A DNA stretch of 64,000 nucleotides. It comes from Syntrophales bacterium (GTDB taxonomy: Bacteria; Desulfobacterota; Syntrophia; Syntrophales; PHBD01). How positions within the stretch are numbered: the first letter of the stretch is position 1; each line of letters starts with the position of its first letter. Of the stretch, positions 1 to 9,344 are shown in pieces. The position numbers were made by a program, and so were the translations under genes. The notes beneath the pieces were generated by a model. The model was not told the DNA's origin, did no database searches, and saw only the letters and a program-made list of their open reading frames with translations. The stretch is taken from NCBI GenBank assembly GCA_963668175.1, contig OY764159.1, positions 4,503,305 to 4,567,304 on the forward strand, in the 5' to 3' direction.

Positions 1-1
1 T

Positions 2-205
2 TACCTGGTGCACATCCTTCCGTATTCCGCCCGCTTCTTTTCCCGCAACCCCGCCGCATACGCCTACCTGGCCGATTCCATCATCCACTTCCCTTCTCCC
101 GAGGAATTTGTCCGTATCATGACCGGGACGGGACTTCAGGATGTCCGGAAGTACCACCTCTCCTGGGGAATCACGCATCTGTACATCGGCGTTAAAGCGC
201 GATAG
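2..205 (+). CDS. UbiE/MenG-family methyltransferase, C-terminal part (5' truncated by window)
   Basis: Open frame from window edge; AYAYLADSIIHFPSPEEF...YHLSWGITHLYIG resembles the UbiE/MenG C-terminus (AY.YL..SI..FP...; L..GI..LH.G). Confidence 0.8.
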   Translation, partial: YLVHILPYSARFFSRNPAAYAYLADSIIHFPSPEEFVRIMTGTGLQDVRKYHLSWGITHLYIGVKAR

Positions 206-293
206 GATGAGGAGCATGACTAGCGTTAACACTCATTGCTTTCATGCCACGCCCGATGCCGCTGGCAAACGGGGAAACACAAGATGAGCATAA

Positions 294-322
294 TTGACTC
301 CTATTAACAAAAGTGATATTAT
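294..322 (+). promoter_or_regulatory. sigma70-type promoter for the protease gene
   Basis: TTGACT (294-299), 17 nt spacer, TATTAT (317-322), with TG at 314-315 (extended -10). Confidence 0.6.
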
Positions 323-451
323 AATTATATATTGTCTATGATCGTTGCAGCATGGATGATGATAAAGTCGGGCCGATGGCGGGCAGTTCCTTTAATATGA
401 ATGATAACCATGAGTTCTGCAACCGGAATGACCGGATAAGGAGAGGTTATT

Positions 452-1726
452 ATGTTAACGGCAATACACATGATCATCATCGCAGCACTCGGCGGGCTTA
501 TTGTGTTTGTACTATCCCGCGTCGCCCGCAAGAGTGACCCCGGGACGAACGAAGAAACAACTGCTGGAGGAAAGAGAAGAAGCAGCCCCATCGTTTTTGC
601 GGCCTTGACTATAGCATCCCTGGCTGCCGTTGCATTTGCCGTTTACAAATTCATGCCTTCGGACGCTTCCGCACCTTCGGCCCGGACGGCGCTGCATCCG
701 GGCCAAGGCACAATGCCCCCGCAGAACACTTATGTGTACATCCCGCCCCCTTCTAGCGACTTGGAAGGCAAACCCGTACCGCCGCCCCCGCCCCCCACGG
801 CACAAGAGACACAGACGATCAACGCCCTCTACCAGAAAATAGGACCTTCGGTGGTTTTTGTTATGACGAGTAAAACCAACAACCAACAGGGCTTTGGAAG
901 CGGATTCTTCATCAATCATAAGGGAGACGTCATCACCAACCACCATGTTCTAAGGGATGCGAATTCAGCTAAAATCAGGACGGCCGGGGGCACAGAATAC
1001 GAAATCAGGAGCGTTCTCGCCGAGGACGTGGCCAACGATCTCGTCATGGTGTCGGTGAAGATCAACTCCGGGGAGGCTCGTCCTTTATCCGTGAGCGCCT
1101 CCCCCCCGTCGATCAGAGAAAGGGTAATCGTGGTGGGAAGTCCCGCTGGTCTGGAACAAACCGTGACGGACGGCATCGTCTCCGCATTGGGAAGAACCTT
1201 CATGGGCGCGGGAAAATTCACTCAGATATCAGCTCCGATCTCTCCGGGTTCGAGCGGAAGCCCGGTCGTGAATATGAAAGGAGAAGTCATCGGTGTTGCC
1301 AGCGGCGCTTACGTCGGAAATAACGCCCAGAATATCAATTTTTGTTCCGCGGCCGAGAACATCACGGCCCTTTCCCCGGGAAACGGATATTCTCTGGGCA
1401 AGATGGATAAGCCGGCCTGGGCCGTTGCCGCTGAAAAAAGAAAGTCCGAAGAGGAAGACAGAATCCGGCAGCAACAGCAGCGTCAGAAGATGATCGCCGA
1501 CATCCACAGCATGACCGACCAGGCTTACACCAAGGCAACGGCTGGCGACAACCAGACGGCCTACCAGCTTTACGAAAAATGCGTATCCCTCTGCCGCCAG
1601 ATCGAAGACAACAGATGTATAGGCACCTATCTGCGCAATATGGGCATCATCCTCGAAAGGATGGGGAAGCGGGAAGAGGCGCAGCTATATTACATAAAAG
1701 CCTCCGAAGCCCTTGCAAAGAACTGA
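452..1726 (+). CDS. Membrane-anchored trypsin-like (S1C/HtrA-type) serine protease with C-terminal TPR-like region and no PDZ
   Basis: Two hydrophobic N-terminal segments, Pro-rich linker, GSGFF, VITNHHV (His), ANDL (Asp), ISPGSSGSP (Ser); helical TPR-like tail (YLRNMGIILERMGKREEA); GGAGAGG RBS. Confidence 0.85.
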   Translation: MLTAIHMIIIAALGGLIVFVLSRVARKSDPGTNEETTAGGKRRSSPIVFAALTIASLAAVAFAVYKFMPSDASAPSARTALHPGQGTMPPQNTYVYIPPPSSDLEGKPVPPPPPPTAQETQTINALYQKIGPSVVFVMTSKTNNQQGFGSGFFINHKGDVITNHHVLRDANSAKIRTAGGTEYEIRSVLAEDVANDLVMVSVKINSGEARPLSVSASPPSIRERVIVVGSPAGLEQTVTDGIVSALGRTFMGAGKFTQISAPISPGSSGSPVVNMKGEVIGVASGAYVGNNAQNINFCSAAENITALSPGNGYSLGKMDKPAWAVAAEKRKSEEEDRIRQQQQRQKMIADIHSMTDQAYTKATAGDNQTAYQLYEKCVSLCRQIEDNRCIGTYLRNMGIILERMGKREEAQLYYIKASEALAKN

Positions 1727-1801
1727 AAGACGAGGTAAAGGCTGGTCGACAGCTATGTCAGTCGGGAATATATTTACAGCTTCACAGGACACAGATACCC
1801 T

Positions 1802-2224
1802 ATGGACAAGAAACCTTTGCACAAGAACTTCGAAATCGCTCGGTCGGTGCCGTTTTACGATCTGGATCCCATCCAGGTCGTCTGGCACGGCAACTACCTC
1901 AACTACTTCGAGGATGCACGCGTAGCCCTTTTCAGCGAGAACGGCATCGACCTTTTCGATTTCTACAAGAAGAGCAGCATCATTTTCCCCATCACGAAAA
2001 CCTCGACCAAACACATACAGCCTCTCCGCTACAGGGACGAATTCATCTGCAAAGCCACGATGGTCGATGCCCGGTTCAAGCTGGTCGTCGATTTTGAAAT
2101 CAGGATGGCGTCGGACGGCAAGATCTGCACGCGAGGAAGGACGGAGCAGGTGGCGGTCAAAACCCCGGAGATGGAGATCCTTTTCGCCATTCCGGATGAA
2201 ATCCGCGTAGCGCTGGGATTCTGA
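1802..2224 (+). CDS. Acyl-CoA/acyl-ACP thioesterase, hot-dog fold (YbgC/4HBT-like)
   Basis: VPFYDLDPIQVVWHGNYLNYFEDAR is the 4HBT/YbgC signature; 140 aa. Confidence 0.9.
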   Translation: MDKKPLHKNFEIARSVPFYDLDPIQVVWHGNYLNYFEDARVALFSENGIDLFDFYKKSSIIFPITKTSTKHIQPLRYRDEFICKATMVDARFKLVVDFEIRMASDGKICTRGRTEQVAVKTPEMEILFAIPDEIRVALGF

Positions 2225-2225
2225 C

Positions 2226-3935
2226 ATGCCGATGTTCGATCGGGCATTCATGGCAGGCACGGAAAGGGTGGCCGCCTGGGCGGACCTTCTGGACAGGGTC
2301 AATGTTTTCCCCGTTGCCGACGGCGATACGGGAAGAAATCTCGTCATCAGTCTCGCGCCGCTTCGCCGTCCGTTAGAAAACTCGAAGTCCGCCGCCCGGG
2401 ACCTGCTTCTTGCGGCCCGCGGCAATTCAGGCAATATCGCCGCCCGTTTCTTCTCAAGCTTTATTGAAGTCGACTCCCTGGATAATCTCGCCCGCTATGC
2501 CCGCAGAGGCCGTGAAGAGGCCTGGAAGGCGATTCACGATCCCAAACCCGGGACCATGCTGAGCCTTTTCGATGCCCTCGCCGACATCCTGCAGCCGATG
2601 AAGTTTCCTGCCGATATCGATTGGGTCCGGCATGTCGTGGACCATCTGGAAAAAATCGTCCGGACAACACCGGATTTCCAGCCGAAACTGAAGAGGGCCG
2701 GAGTCGTCGATGCCGGAGCGCTGGGGATGTTCATCTTCTTTGACGGTTTCTTCAACACCCTCATCGGAAAACCGGATGGTTTTCGCCCGATATCGTCGGC
2801 CTTTGAAGGAATGATCGAGATCAGCCCCTCCTTTCGGGAAGAGGCTGATTCCGGGTATTGCATCGATACCGTTCTTCAGGGATCGGTTTATTCCGGCGAA
2901 ACGGTGCAGCGTCTCACGGCCATCGGCGACAGCATCACGGTCTCCGGCGACGGTCACCTTCTCAAGATCCACCTCCACACCCAAGATGAACAAGACGCCC
3001 GCGAGAAGCTTGCTTCATTTGGGAAAGCAGTCCGGTGGTCTTGCGACGACCTAGGAGAACAGATCCGGACGTTCCGATCCGCCGGACCGAAGCAGGCCGT
3101 CCATCTCATGACCGATGCGGCCGGCTCGGTTACACGTCAGGACAGCCGCCGATACGGGTTCACTCTCTTGGACAGCTACATCGCCGTCGGCGACAGATCC
3201 TTGCCCGAGACCCTCTTTCAGCCCGAAGAAGTCTACAGGGCCATGAAGGAAGGCACGAAGGTTTCAACGTCGCAGGCCTCCGTTTTTGAACGTCATCAGT
3301 GCTATCAAGCGGTCCTCGATCTCTACCCCACGGTTCTTTACGTGTCCGTCGGTTCTGTTTTCACGGGCAATTATGAGACGGCGACGGCGTGGAAGAAACA
3401 GTACGATCTGAACGGCAGGTTCCATGTCATCGACTCGCAGTCCGCATCGGGACGGCTGGGACTCGCCTTTCTGGCCGTCGCCAAATATGCCGCGAACGTC
3501 GGCGATGCCGGCGATATCGCCATGTATGCGGAAGCGGCCGTCCGGCAGTGCCGCGAGTACATCTTTCTCGACAGCCTGAAATATCTGGCGGCTGGAGGCA
3601 GGCTTTCAAAAACGGGCGCATTTTTCGGCGACCTGATGCACATGAAACCGGTTGTAAGCCCGACGGCGGAAGGCGCAAAAAAAATCGGCGTAACGAGAAA
3701 CCAAGAGGATCAGATTCGATTTGCCATCGATAAGTTGACTGAAATCTCCCAGGGGCAAGAGATGATGATCATGCTCGAATTCAGCGATAACTATCCCTGG
3801 GTGCGGGATGAAGTCAGGCCCCTGATCGAACGCTGTTGCCCCGCATCGGAGATATTGATGCAGCCGCTGTCGCTGACGACGGGGGTCCATACGGGACCGG
3901 GGACATGGGGCATTGCTTTTCTGCCAACGGTATGA
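2226..3935 (+). CDS. DAK2 (FakA-like) domain fused to DegV (FakB-like) fatty-acid-binding domain
   Basis: N-terminal NVFPVADGDTG, ARGNSG, PKPGTML, VVDAGA, KIHLHT (DAK2/FakA); C-terminal VSTSQ, IDSQSAS, LKYLAAGGR, GVHTGPG (DegV). Confidence 0.9.
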   Translation: MPMFDRAFMAGTERVAAWADLLDRVNVFPVADGDTGRNLVISLAPLRRPLENSKSAARDLLLAARGNSGNIAARFFSSFIEVDSLDNLARYARRGREEAWKAIHDPKPGTMLSLFDALADILQPMKFPADIDWVRHVVDHLEKIVRTTPDFQPKLKRAGVVDAGALGMFIFFDGFFNTLIGKPDGFRPISSAFEGMIEISPSFREEADSGYCIDTVLQGSVYSGETVQRLTAIGDSITVSGDGHLLKIHLHTQDEQDAREKLASFGKAVRWSCDDLGEQIRTFRSAGPKQAVHLMTDAAGSVTRQDSRRYGFTLLDSYIAVGDRSLPETLFQPEEVYRAMKEGTKVSTSQASVFERHQCYQAVLDLYPTVLYVSVGSVFTGNYETATAWKKQYDLNGRFHVIDSQSASGRLGLAFLAVAKYAANVGDAGDIAMYAEAAVRQCREYIFLDSLKYLAAGGRLSKTGAFFGDLMHMKPVVSPTAEGAKKIGVTRNQEDQIRFAIDKLTEISQGQEMMIMLEFSDNYPWVRDEVRPLIERCCPASEILMQPLSLTTGVHTGPGTWGIAFLPTV

Positions 3936-3968
3936 CGGGAGCCCCACGGCAAGGACAAAGAAATCGCG

Positions 3969-4688
3969 ATGACGCCAGAATCTTTTTCCATCATTATTCC
4001 CGCATACAATCATGCCGGAGAGGTCGCTTCCGTCGTCAGGAAGGCCCTCGCTCTCGGCATGCCCGTCTTCGTCGTCGATGACGGCTCCTCGGATTCGACC
4101 TTCGACCAAATCAGAGAAATACCCGGCATCACCATACTTCGCCACAGAACAAACATGGGCAAGGGCGAAGCCATCCTCACGGGCTTCAAGGCCGCTGCAC
4201 CAACCGCGCAATGGGCCGTCACCATCGATGCGGACGGCCAGCACCATCCGGAGGATTGCGTCAAGCTCATCGCGGCCGTTCCCGAAGGACAAAGGCCGAT
4301 TGTCGTGGGCAAGAGGGAAGGCATGTACTCGGCCGAAGTCCCCTGGTCAAGCCGCTTCGGCCGCAAGTTTTCCAATTTCTGGGTCCGCGCCTCCGGAGGA
4401 CCGCCTATAACGGACACCCAGAGCGGCATGAGGCTCTACCCTCTCCCCGAATCACTTCATCTTTCCGTTCTGTCGCGCCGCTTTCAATTCGAGGTCGAGG
4501 TCCTCGTCAAGGCCTCCTGGCGGCGCATACCGGTGATCGAAGCCCCCATCGGCGTCACCTACCAGGTCGGAGAGAAGCGGGTCAGCCACTACCGAGGCTT
4601 CGTCGATTTCATGAGAAACGCCGCGGTATTTACCCGTCTTATTTTCATGAGAATTGTGATCCCCTCGTCCTGGCGCGCCCGCTATTAA
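3969..4688 (+). CDS. Glycosyltransferase family 2 (polyprenol-phosphate glycosyltransferase-like)
   Basis: IIIPAYN, VVDDGSSD, NMGKG, TIDADGQH, DTQSGMRLY, VSHY motifs. Confidence 0.9.
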   Translation: MTPESFSIIIPAYNHAGEVASVVRKALALGMPVFVVDDGSSDSTFDQIREIPGITILRHRTNMGKGEAILTGFKAAAPTAQWAVTIDADGQHHPEDCVKLIAAVPEGQRPIVVGKREGMYSAEVPWSSRFGRKFSNFWVRASGGPPITDTQSGMRLYPLPESLHLSVLSRRFQFEVEVLVKASWRRIPVIEAPIGVTYQVGEKRVSHYRGFVDFMRNAAVFTRLIFMRIVIPSSWRARY

Positions 4689-4850
4689 CGGAAAGCGTCT
4701 CTTTCACCCGGTCTTTTGTCCTGAGCATGAGAGGAAAAATACGGATAGCCGTATAGGAACAGCAGGAAAAGACAGGAGGGCGGAACTGCAACAGACTTCG
4801 TTTAAGGCCGTTGCGGGCGGGAAAGGCTGTCGCCCCGGGCATTCCGGTTC

Positions 4851-5771
4851 TCAGCCGAGAAATCCCTGGATGATCCGGTTGACGGCCTCTTCGTAGGATA
4901 AACCGAGACTCATAAGTTTTGTAAGCTGGTCGCTGGCGATCTTGCCGATGGAGGCTTCATGGGTCAATTCGGCGTCGGGATGGCGCGCCTTAAGTGAAGG
5001 GACCGTATCGCTGGTTCCGTTATCCATAATGATCGCATCGCATTCGACGTGCCCGAAGCTCTTGGCACGGGCCTCAATGGTGGCGAAGAAATTCTGCTGG
5101 GAATTGCCCTTGATGACCGACCGGGCGATCATGTTGGCGCGGCTGAGGTCGCCGGCAAGGATGATGTCCGTTTTGGATACGGCGTTCTGGCTGAAATCCG
5201 TCAACACCTTTTCCGTGATCAACAGCATGCTGCCTGCTTCCAGGGTGGCCTCGTTGACCCGATTCGCCTCGTCGACGCCGCCGATCTGGGTGAGTTCCAT
5301 GTCGACCTGGGCATCTTCGGCGAGAAATACCTTCGTCGACGGGTTCAGCGATCGTTTGCCCTTCCCGGCACCGGTGGCAAAATGCTTCTCCACGTATTTG
5401 ACCTTGGCCCCGCGATCAACGTGAAATTCGTGGATGCCGGCGTGCCCCTCCGCCTCCGGACCGCCACAGTGGATTCCGCATCCGGCGACGATCGTGATAT
5501 CGGACTCGGCGCCGATAACGAATTTATTGTATACGACGTCGTAGAGCCCGGCCAGGCTCAGGATGACGGGAATATGAACCGATTCGTTCACCGTCCCCGG
5601 TTTGACGGTGACGGTAATACCGGTCCCATCCGCGTGGCTTTCAATATTGATGTTCGCGGAGACTTCCCGCGCCAGCAGCTGACCGTTCTTTCTGATGTTG
5701 AAAGCACCTTTGGGAAGCCCTTCCAAATCGGCAACGGCTTTCAGCAGTTCCTTATCTAAAGCATTCATCAT
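4851..5771 (-). CDS. SufB/SufD-family Fe-S assembly scaffold (SmsB-like)
   Basis: beta-helix-type sequence, FGHVECDAI and C-terminal THEASIGKI...LMSLGL..EEA..II.GFL; start placed at ATG 5771 after a GGAG-like RBS (ORF track starts at 5786). Confidence 0.9.
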   Translation of the reverse strand: MMNALDKELLKAVADLEGLPKGAFNIRKNGQLLAREVSANINIESHADGTGITVTVKPGTVNESVHIPVILSLAGLYDVVYNKFVIGAESDITIVAGCGIHCGGPEAEGHAGIHEFHVDRGAKVKYVEKHFATGAGKGKRSLNPSTKVFLAEDAQVDMELTQIGGVDEANRVNEATLEAGSMLLITEKVLTDFSQNAVSKTDIILAGDLSRANMIARSVIKGNSQQNFFATIEARAKSFGHVECDAIIMDNGTSDTVPSLKARHPDAELTHEASIGKIASDQLTKLMSLGLSYEEAVNRIIQGFLG

Positions 5772-6510
5772 AGGGCCTTGCTCCACAAGTTCTGTAGCTG
5801 CAGATACTCAAGTCGTTCAGCAACGGCAGGGCTCCATCCAGATCCCCCTGGTATACGAATTTTCCCTGGTGGATCATGAGAATGACATCGGCCGCCTCCA
5901 AAAATGCCTTGTTGTGGCTCACGACGATGGTTGTCGTTCCGCAATTCTTCTGCTCTTTTTTCAGCAGTTCGACCATCGGTTCGATGGTCCAGAGGTCGAT
6001 CCCCGTATCGGGTTCGTCATAGATGGCAAGTTTGGGATTCCTGGCGATCGTCGTCGCGAGTTCGATCTTCTTGATCTCTCCCCCTGACAGCTTGGAATCG
6101 ACTGATTTATCAAGAAAGGAAAGCGAACAGATGCCTACCCTCTTGATCAATTTCAAGAGTTTCAGCTCGTCTTCGCTGCCGGATGCGATGGCCAGGAGGT
6201 CTCTGAACGTAATGCCCTTGAAGCGGGCCGGCTGTTGAAAGCTGTAAGCAATGCCTGCCTTCGCCCGGTCCGTAATGGAAAGATTCGTGATGTCCTGCCC
6301 TTCCATTACAATGCTCCCGGACGAAACGGGATTGATTCCCATAATGAGTTTCGCCAGCGTCGTCTTTCCGCTCCCGTTGGGGCCGGTAATGGCGTAAAAT
6401 TTCGATTTCTCGAAGACAAAATTGATGTTGTCGATGATATGCCGCCGCGAGCCGCCGTTTCCGTCATCCTGATCCGCAACGGAGAAGAATAAATTATTCA
6501 ATTCCAGCAT
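5752..6510 (-). CDS. SufC-like ABC ATPase (SmsC-like)
   Basis: Walker A GPNGSGKT, LSGGE signature, DEPD, SH switch; overlaps the downstream SufBD gene; start at ATG 6510 after GAGAGG. Confidence 0.88.
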   Translation of the reverse strand: MLELNNLFFSVADQDDGNGGSRRHIIDNINFVFEKSKFYAITGPNGSGKTTLAKLIMGINPVSSGSIVMEGQDITNLSITDRAKAGIAYSFQQPARFKGITFRDLLAIASGSEDELKLLKLIKRVGICSLSFLDKSVDSKLSGGEIKKIELATTIARNPKLAIYDEPDTGIDLWTIEPMVELLKKEQKNCGTTTIVVSHNKAFLEAADVILMIHQGKFVYQGDLDGALPLLNDLSICSYRTCGARPYDECFR

Positions 6511-6799
6511 AGCCAACCTCTCTATCACAGCCAAAACAAGAAAACCCCCGCGACCGCGCCGAATGAAGCAACAGCCCCGGTTATCCCGACGTTCGCAAGT
6601 ATCGGATTCCTATTACGGAACGCGCGATGATGATGTTAGTCACGGAAAAGAGAATATTACAAATGGGGACCACTATTTCATCCACCGCACGCTCTTTGTA
6701 TGAATTTTTGGTGAATGTCAATAGATAAATCCTATAATTTTTGCATAACAGAATTTCACTCAGGATGTGAGTATGATGGCCGTAAAAACCAGGCATGCG

Positions 6800-7582
6800 T
6801 TAAAGATATGTTCGGGCGCCGATATAATGCTTCTGGAAGAAACTCTTGGACAAGGAATCCTTGCAGATGGACTTTCCCCGGCCGGGGGCGTGAATGAACT
6901 CCCCGCCGCCCAGATAAACACCTACATGTGTGACTTTTCCCGGCGTTGACGTCGCGAAGAACAGCAAATCCCCTTTCTGGAGTTCATCCTGGCCGATAGG
7001 TGTGCCGGCTTCAAACTGATCCCGCGAAGACCGGGGCAAATTAAGGCCGTTCAGCTGATAGACCGTCATGGTCAGTCCGCTGCAATCGAAACCGGTATCC
7101 GCCGACGTGCCGCCCCAAAGATAAGGAACACCGAGGAAGCTTTGTGCCGTCTTCACAAGCTCTTCCCGCAGGTAGGCATCGCCCAGCTGCTGTCTCTTGG
7201 CAACGGCATAGTCTTCGGGCGCGACAATATAATATTCCGCGATCACGCCGGACTGCTTCAGCGATTCAGCCTTCTTGCGGGCGGCCTCCCGTGAAGCGAA
7301 ATTCCCGAAACGCACCTTATAAAGACCCGTAGCCGCGACAAAATACGTGGCATCAAGGCCCTGCTTGCACAGACGGTCCGTCAGCCTCACCGCATTCTGC
7401 ACCTGGGCGAAGGCGCCGGCCTGAATCGTGTAACCCATGCGGGTCAATTCTTTTTTAGGAGGTGTTTTGGTTTGATACCGGTACTGATAGGTTGGATGTT
7501 TCCTGCTGCATCCGACAACGATAAGTCCGCAGAGGATCAGCAGTATCGTTCTGAGGACGATCGGATATTTAAACAAGGGCAT
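6800..7582 (-). CDS. Lipoprotein peptidoglycan endopeptidase, SPOR + NlpC/P60 domains
   Basis: Lipobox LIVVGC; YTIQAGAF...YKVRFGNF (SPOR); LGVPYLWGG, FDCSG, HVG, FIHA (NlpC/P60 Cys-His-His). Confidence 0.92.
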   Translation of the reverse strand: MPLFKYPIVLRTILLILCGLIVVGCSRKHPTYQYRYQTKTPPKKELTRMGYTIQAGAFAQVQNAVRLTDRLCKQGLDATYFVAATGLYKVRFGNFASREAARKKAESLKQSGVIAEYYIVAPEDYAVAKRQQLGDAYLREELVKTAQSFLGVPYLWGGTSADTGFDCSGLTMTVYQLNGLNLPRSSRDQFEAGTPIGQDELQKGDLLFFATSTPGKVTHVGVYLGGGEFIHAPGRGKSICKDSLSKSFFQKHYIGARTYL

Positions 7583-7724
7583 CGGTCGGGTATCCCTGAA
7601 ATGTCATCGGTAAAGTCATCAGGATATCATTATCGCCGGGATATGCATCCCGCTTTTCCGCAGCCACTGTCTCCGGCCGTTTGTCCTCCGCCGCCACGAC
7701 GCCCATGAGGTGGGTCCCGGCCCT

Positions 7725-9056
7725 TTACATCTGGGAAAGGACGTCCGACACGTGATCGATGTCTTCCTTGCTCAGCATTTCCGTTGCGCAGAAGAGCAGG
7801 CAGTCTTTCAATTCAGGATAATCCCTTCCCATCTCATACCCGCCGATAATGCCCAGGGACTGCAATTTCCGGTTGACGGCGGCGGGGTCGGGACAGCGGA
7901 CAACGAATTCGTTATAACACGTTCCTGCAAAAACGGGCTCCCAGCCTTTGAGGCTGCCGAGTTTCTTTCTGAAATAGAACGCCTTCTGCACATTGATTTC
8001 GGCCAGTTTTTTAAGATTCTTCCCCAGACTGACAAGATAGACGGCGGCCGCCAGCGCACAAAGGGCTTCGTTGCTGCAAATATTGGAAGTGGCCCGTTCA
8101 CGCCGGATATGCTGCTCCCTGGTCTGGAGGGTGAGAACGAATCCGCGGCGTCCCTGCCGATCCACGGTCATGCCCGAGAGCCTTCCGGGAATTTTTCTCA
8201 GGAAATCGGCCGTACCCGCCATTATCCCCAGGTAAGGACCGCCGTAATTCAGGGAATTACCGAAGGCCTGGCCTTCGCCGACGACGATATCCGCCCCAGA
8301 ATCACCCGGCGGCTTAAGAATGCCCAGCGAAGTCGCTTCAGTAAATCCGGAAATCATGAGGCTCCGGCGGGAGTGGGCAACATCGGAAAGCGCAGCGACG
8401 TCTTCAATGACACCGAAGAAGTTGGGGCTCTGCGCGACAACGGCGGCAACTTTCTCGTCCACGGTCTTTGCCAGGCTGCCCAGGTCGACCTGTCCGCTTG
8501 TTTCATGTTCGACTTCAACAGTCTCGTATCCGTTGGACCAGGCATATGTTCGAACAACCTGCCTGTACTCGGGATGAACGGACCGGGCTATGACGATCCT
8601 AGTACGGCCCGTGCTTTTTGCGGCAAGCACCGCCGCCTCGGCCATCGCGGAAGCCCCGTCGTACATGGATGCATTGGCGACCTGCATCCCGGTGAGGCCC
8701 GCAATCATGGTCTGATATTCGTATATGGCCTGCAGGATACCCTGGCTGATCTCCGCCTGGTAAGGCGTATAGGCCGTATAGAATTCCGAACGGGATACGA
8801 CATGTCGAACGACGGCGGGAATATAATGATGATAGGCGCCGGCGCCCATCAGGGTCGTACGCGAGACCGTGTTTTGCGACGCCAGACCCTTCATCAGCCC
8901 GGCGACCTCCTGTTCGGAAAGAGCGGCAGGGAGGTCAAGCTCCGTAAGCAAACGGAATTTGGGGGGGATATCGTTGAAGAGATCATCGACGGCATGGATA
9001 CCGATGGCATCCATCATCTGTTTCTGATCCGTATCGGTATGAGGGATATAGCCCAT
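7725..9056 (-). CDS. gcvPA: Glycine dehydrogenase (decarboxylating) P-protein subunit 1
   Basis: YIPHT, GAGAYHHYIP, EFYTAYTPYQAEISQG, NASMYDG, REQHIRRERATSNICSN; about 443 aa. Confidence 0.95.
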   Translation of the reverse strand: MGYIPHTDTDQKQMMDAIGIHAVDDLFNDIPPKFRLLTELDLPAALSEQEVAGLMKGLASQNTVSRTTLMGAGAYHHYIPAVVRHVVSRSEFYTAYTPYQAEISQGILQAIYEYQTMIAGLTGMQVANASMYDGASAMAEAAVLAAKSTGRTRIVIARSVHPEYRQVVRTYAWSNGYETVEVEHETSGQVDLGSLAKTVDEKVAAVVAQSPNFFGVIEDVAALSDVAHSRRSLMISGFTEATSLGILKPPGDSGADIVVGEGQAFGNSLNYGGPYLGIMAGTADFLRKIPGRLSGMTVDRQGRRGFVLTLQTREQHIRRERATSNICSNEALCALAAAVYLVSLGKNLKKLAEINVQKAFYFRKKLGSLKGWEPVFAGTCYNEFVVRCPDPAAVNRKLQSLGIIGGYEMGRDYPELKDCLLFCATEMLSKEDIDHVSDVLSQM

Positions 9057-9254
9057 CAATAACCTTCCCTAACCTTCCATGTTACGGTTTTGAAAACGAT
9101 TTCGATACGATTTATAACGTTTTCGACCATCAAAAGCAATTTTTTTCCTCGCTCACCGTCATGTGTTTATATGCATCATGACCGGATTGCATCGACTTCT
9201 CCGGCTTTACGGCCGTGCCCGCTACGTCGCATGTCGATGCCCGCCAGATAATCA

Positions 9255-9283
9255 TTGACAAAAAATAAGTGAGGTAATACTAT
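9255..9283 (+). promoter_or_regulatory. sigma70-type promoter of the rfaE1-yicC-gmk operon
   Basis: TTGACA (9255-9260), 17 nt spacer, TACTAT (9278-9283). Confidence 0.7.
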
Positions 9284-9344
9284 GTAAAGCTTAGAAAAAG
9301 TTTACAGTATCCGGCTTTGCCGGACCAAGGACAAGTCAACTATT

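Noticed and set aside
4942..6087. Plus-strand ORFs of 130-236 aa over the SufBD/SufC genes, and similar antisense ORFs across the window (e.g. 11775-12563, 13196-13909, 28571-29257, 39287-39979)
   Set aside because: They overlap well-supported genes on the opposite strand or frame and show no family signatures.
7710..9062. 450-aa plus-strand ORF
   Set aside because: Antisense shadow of gcvPA with no recognisable motifs; such shadows are common in GC-rich coding DNA.
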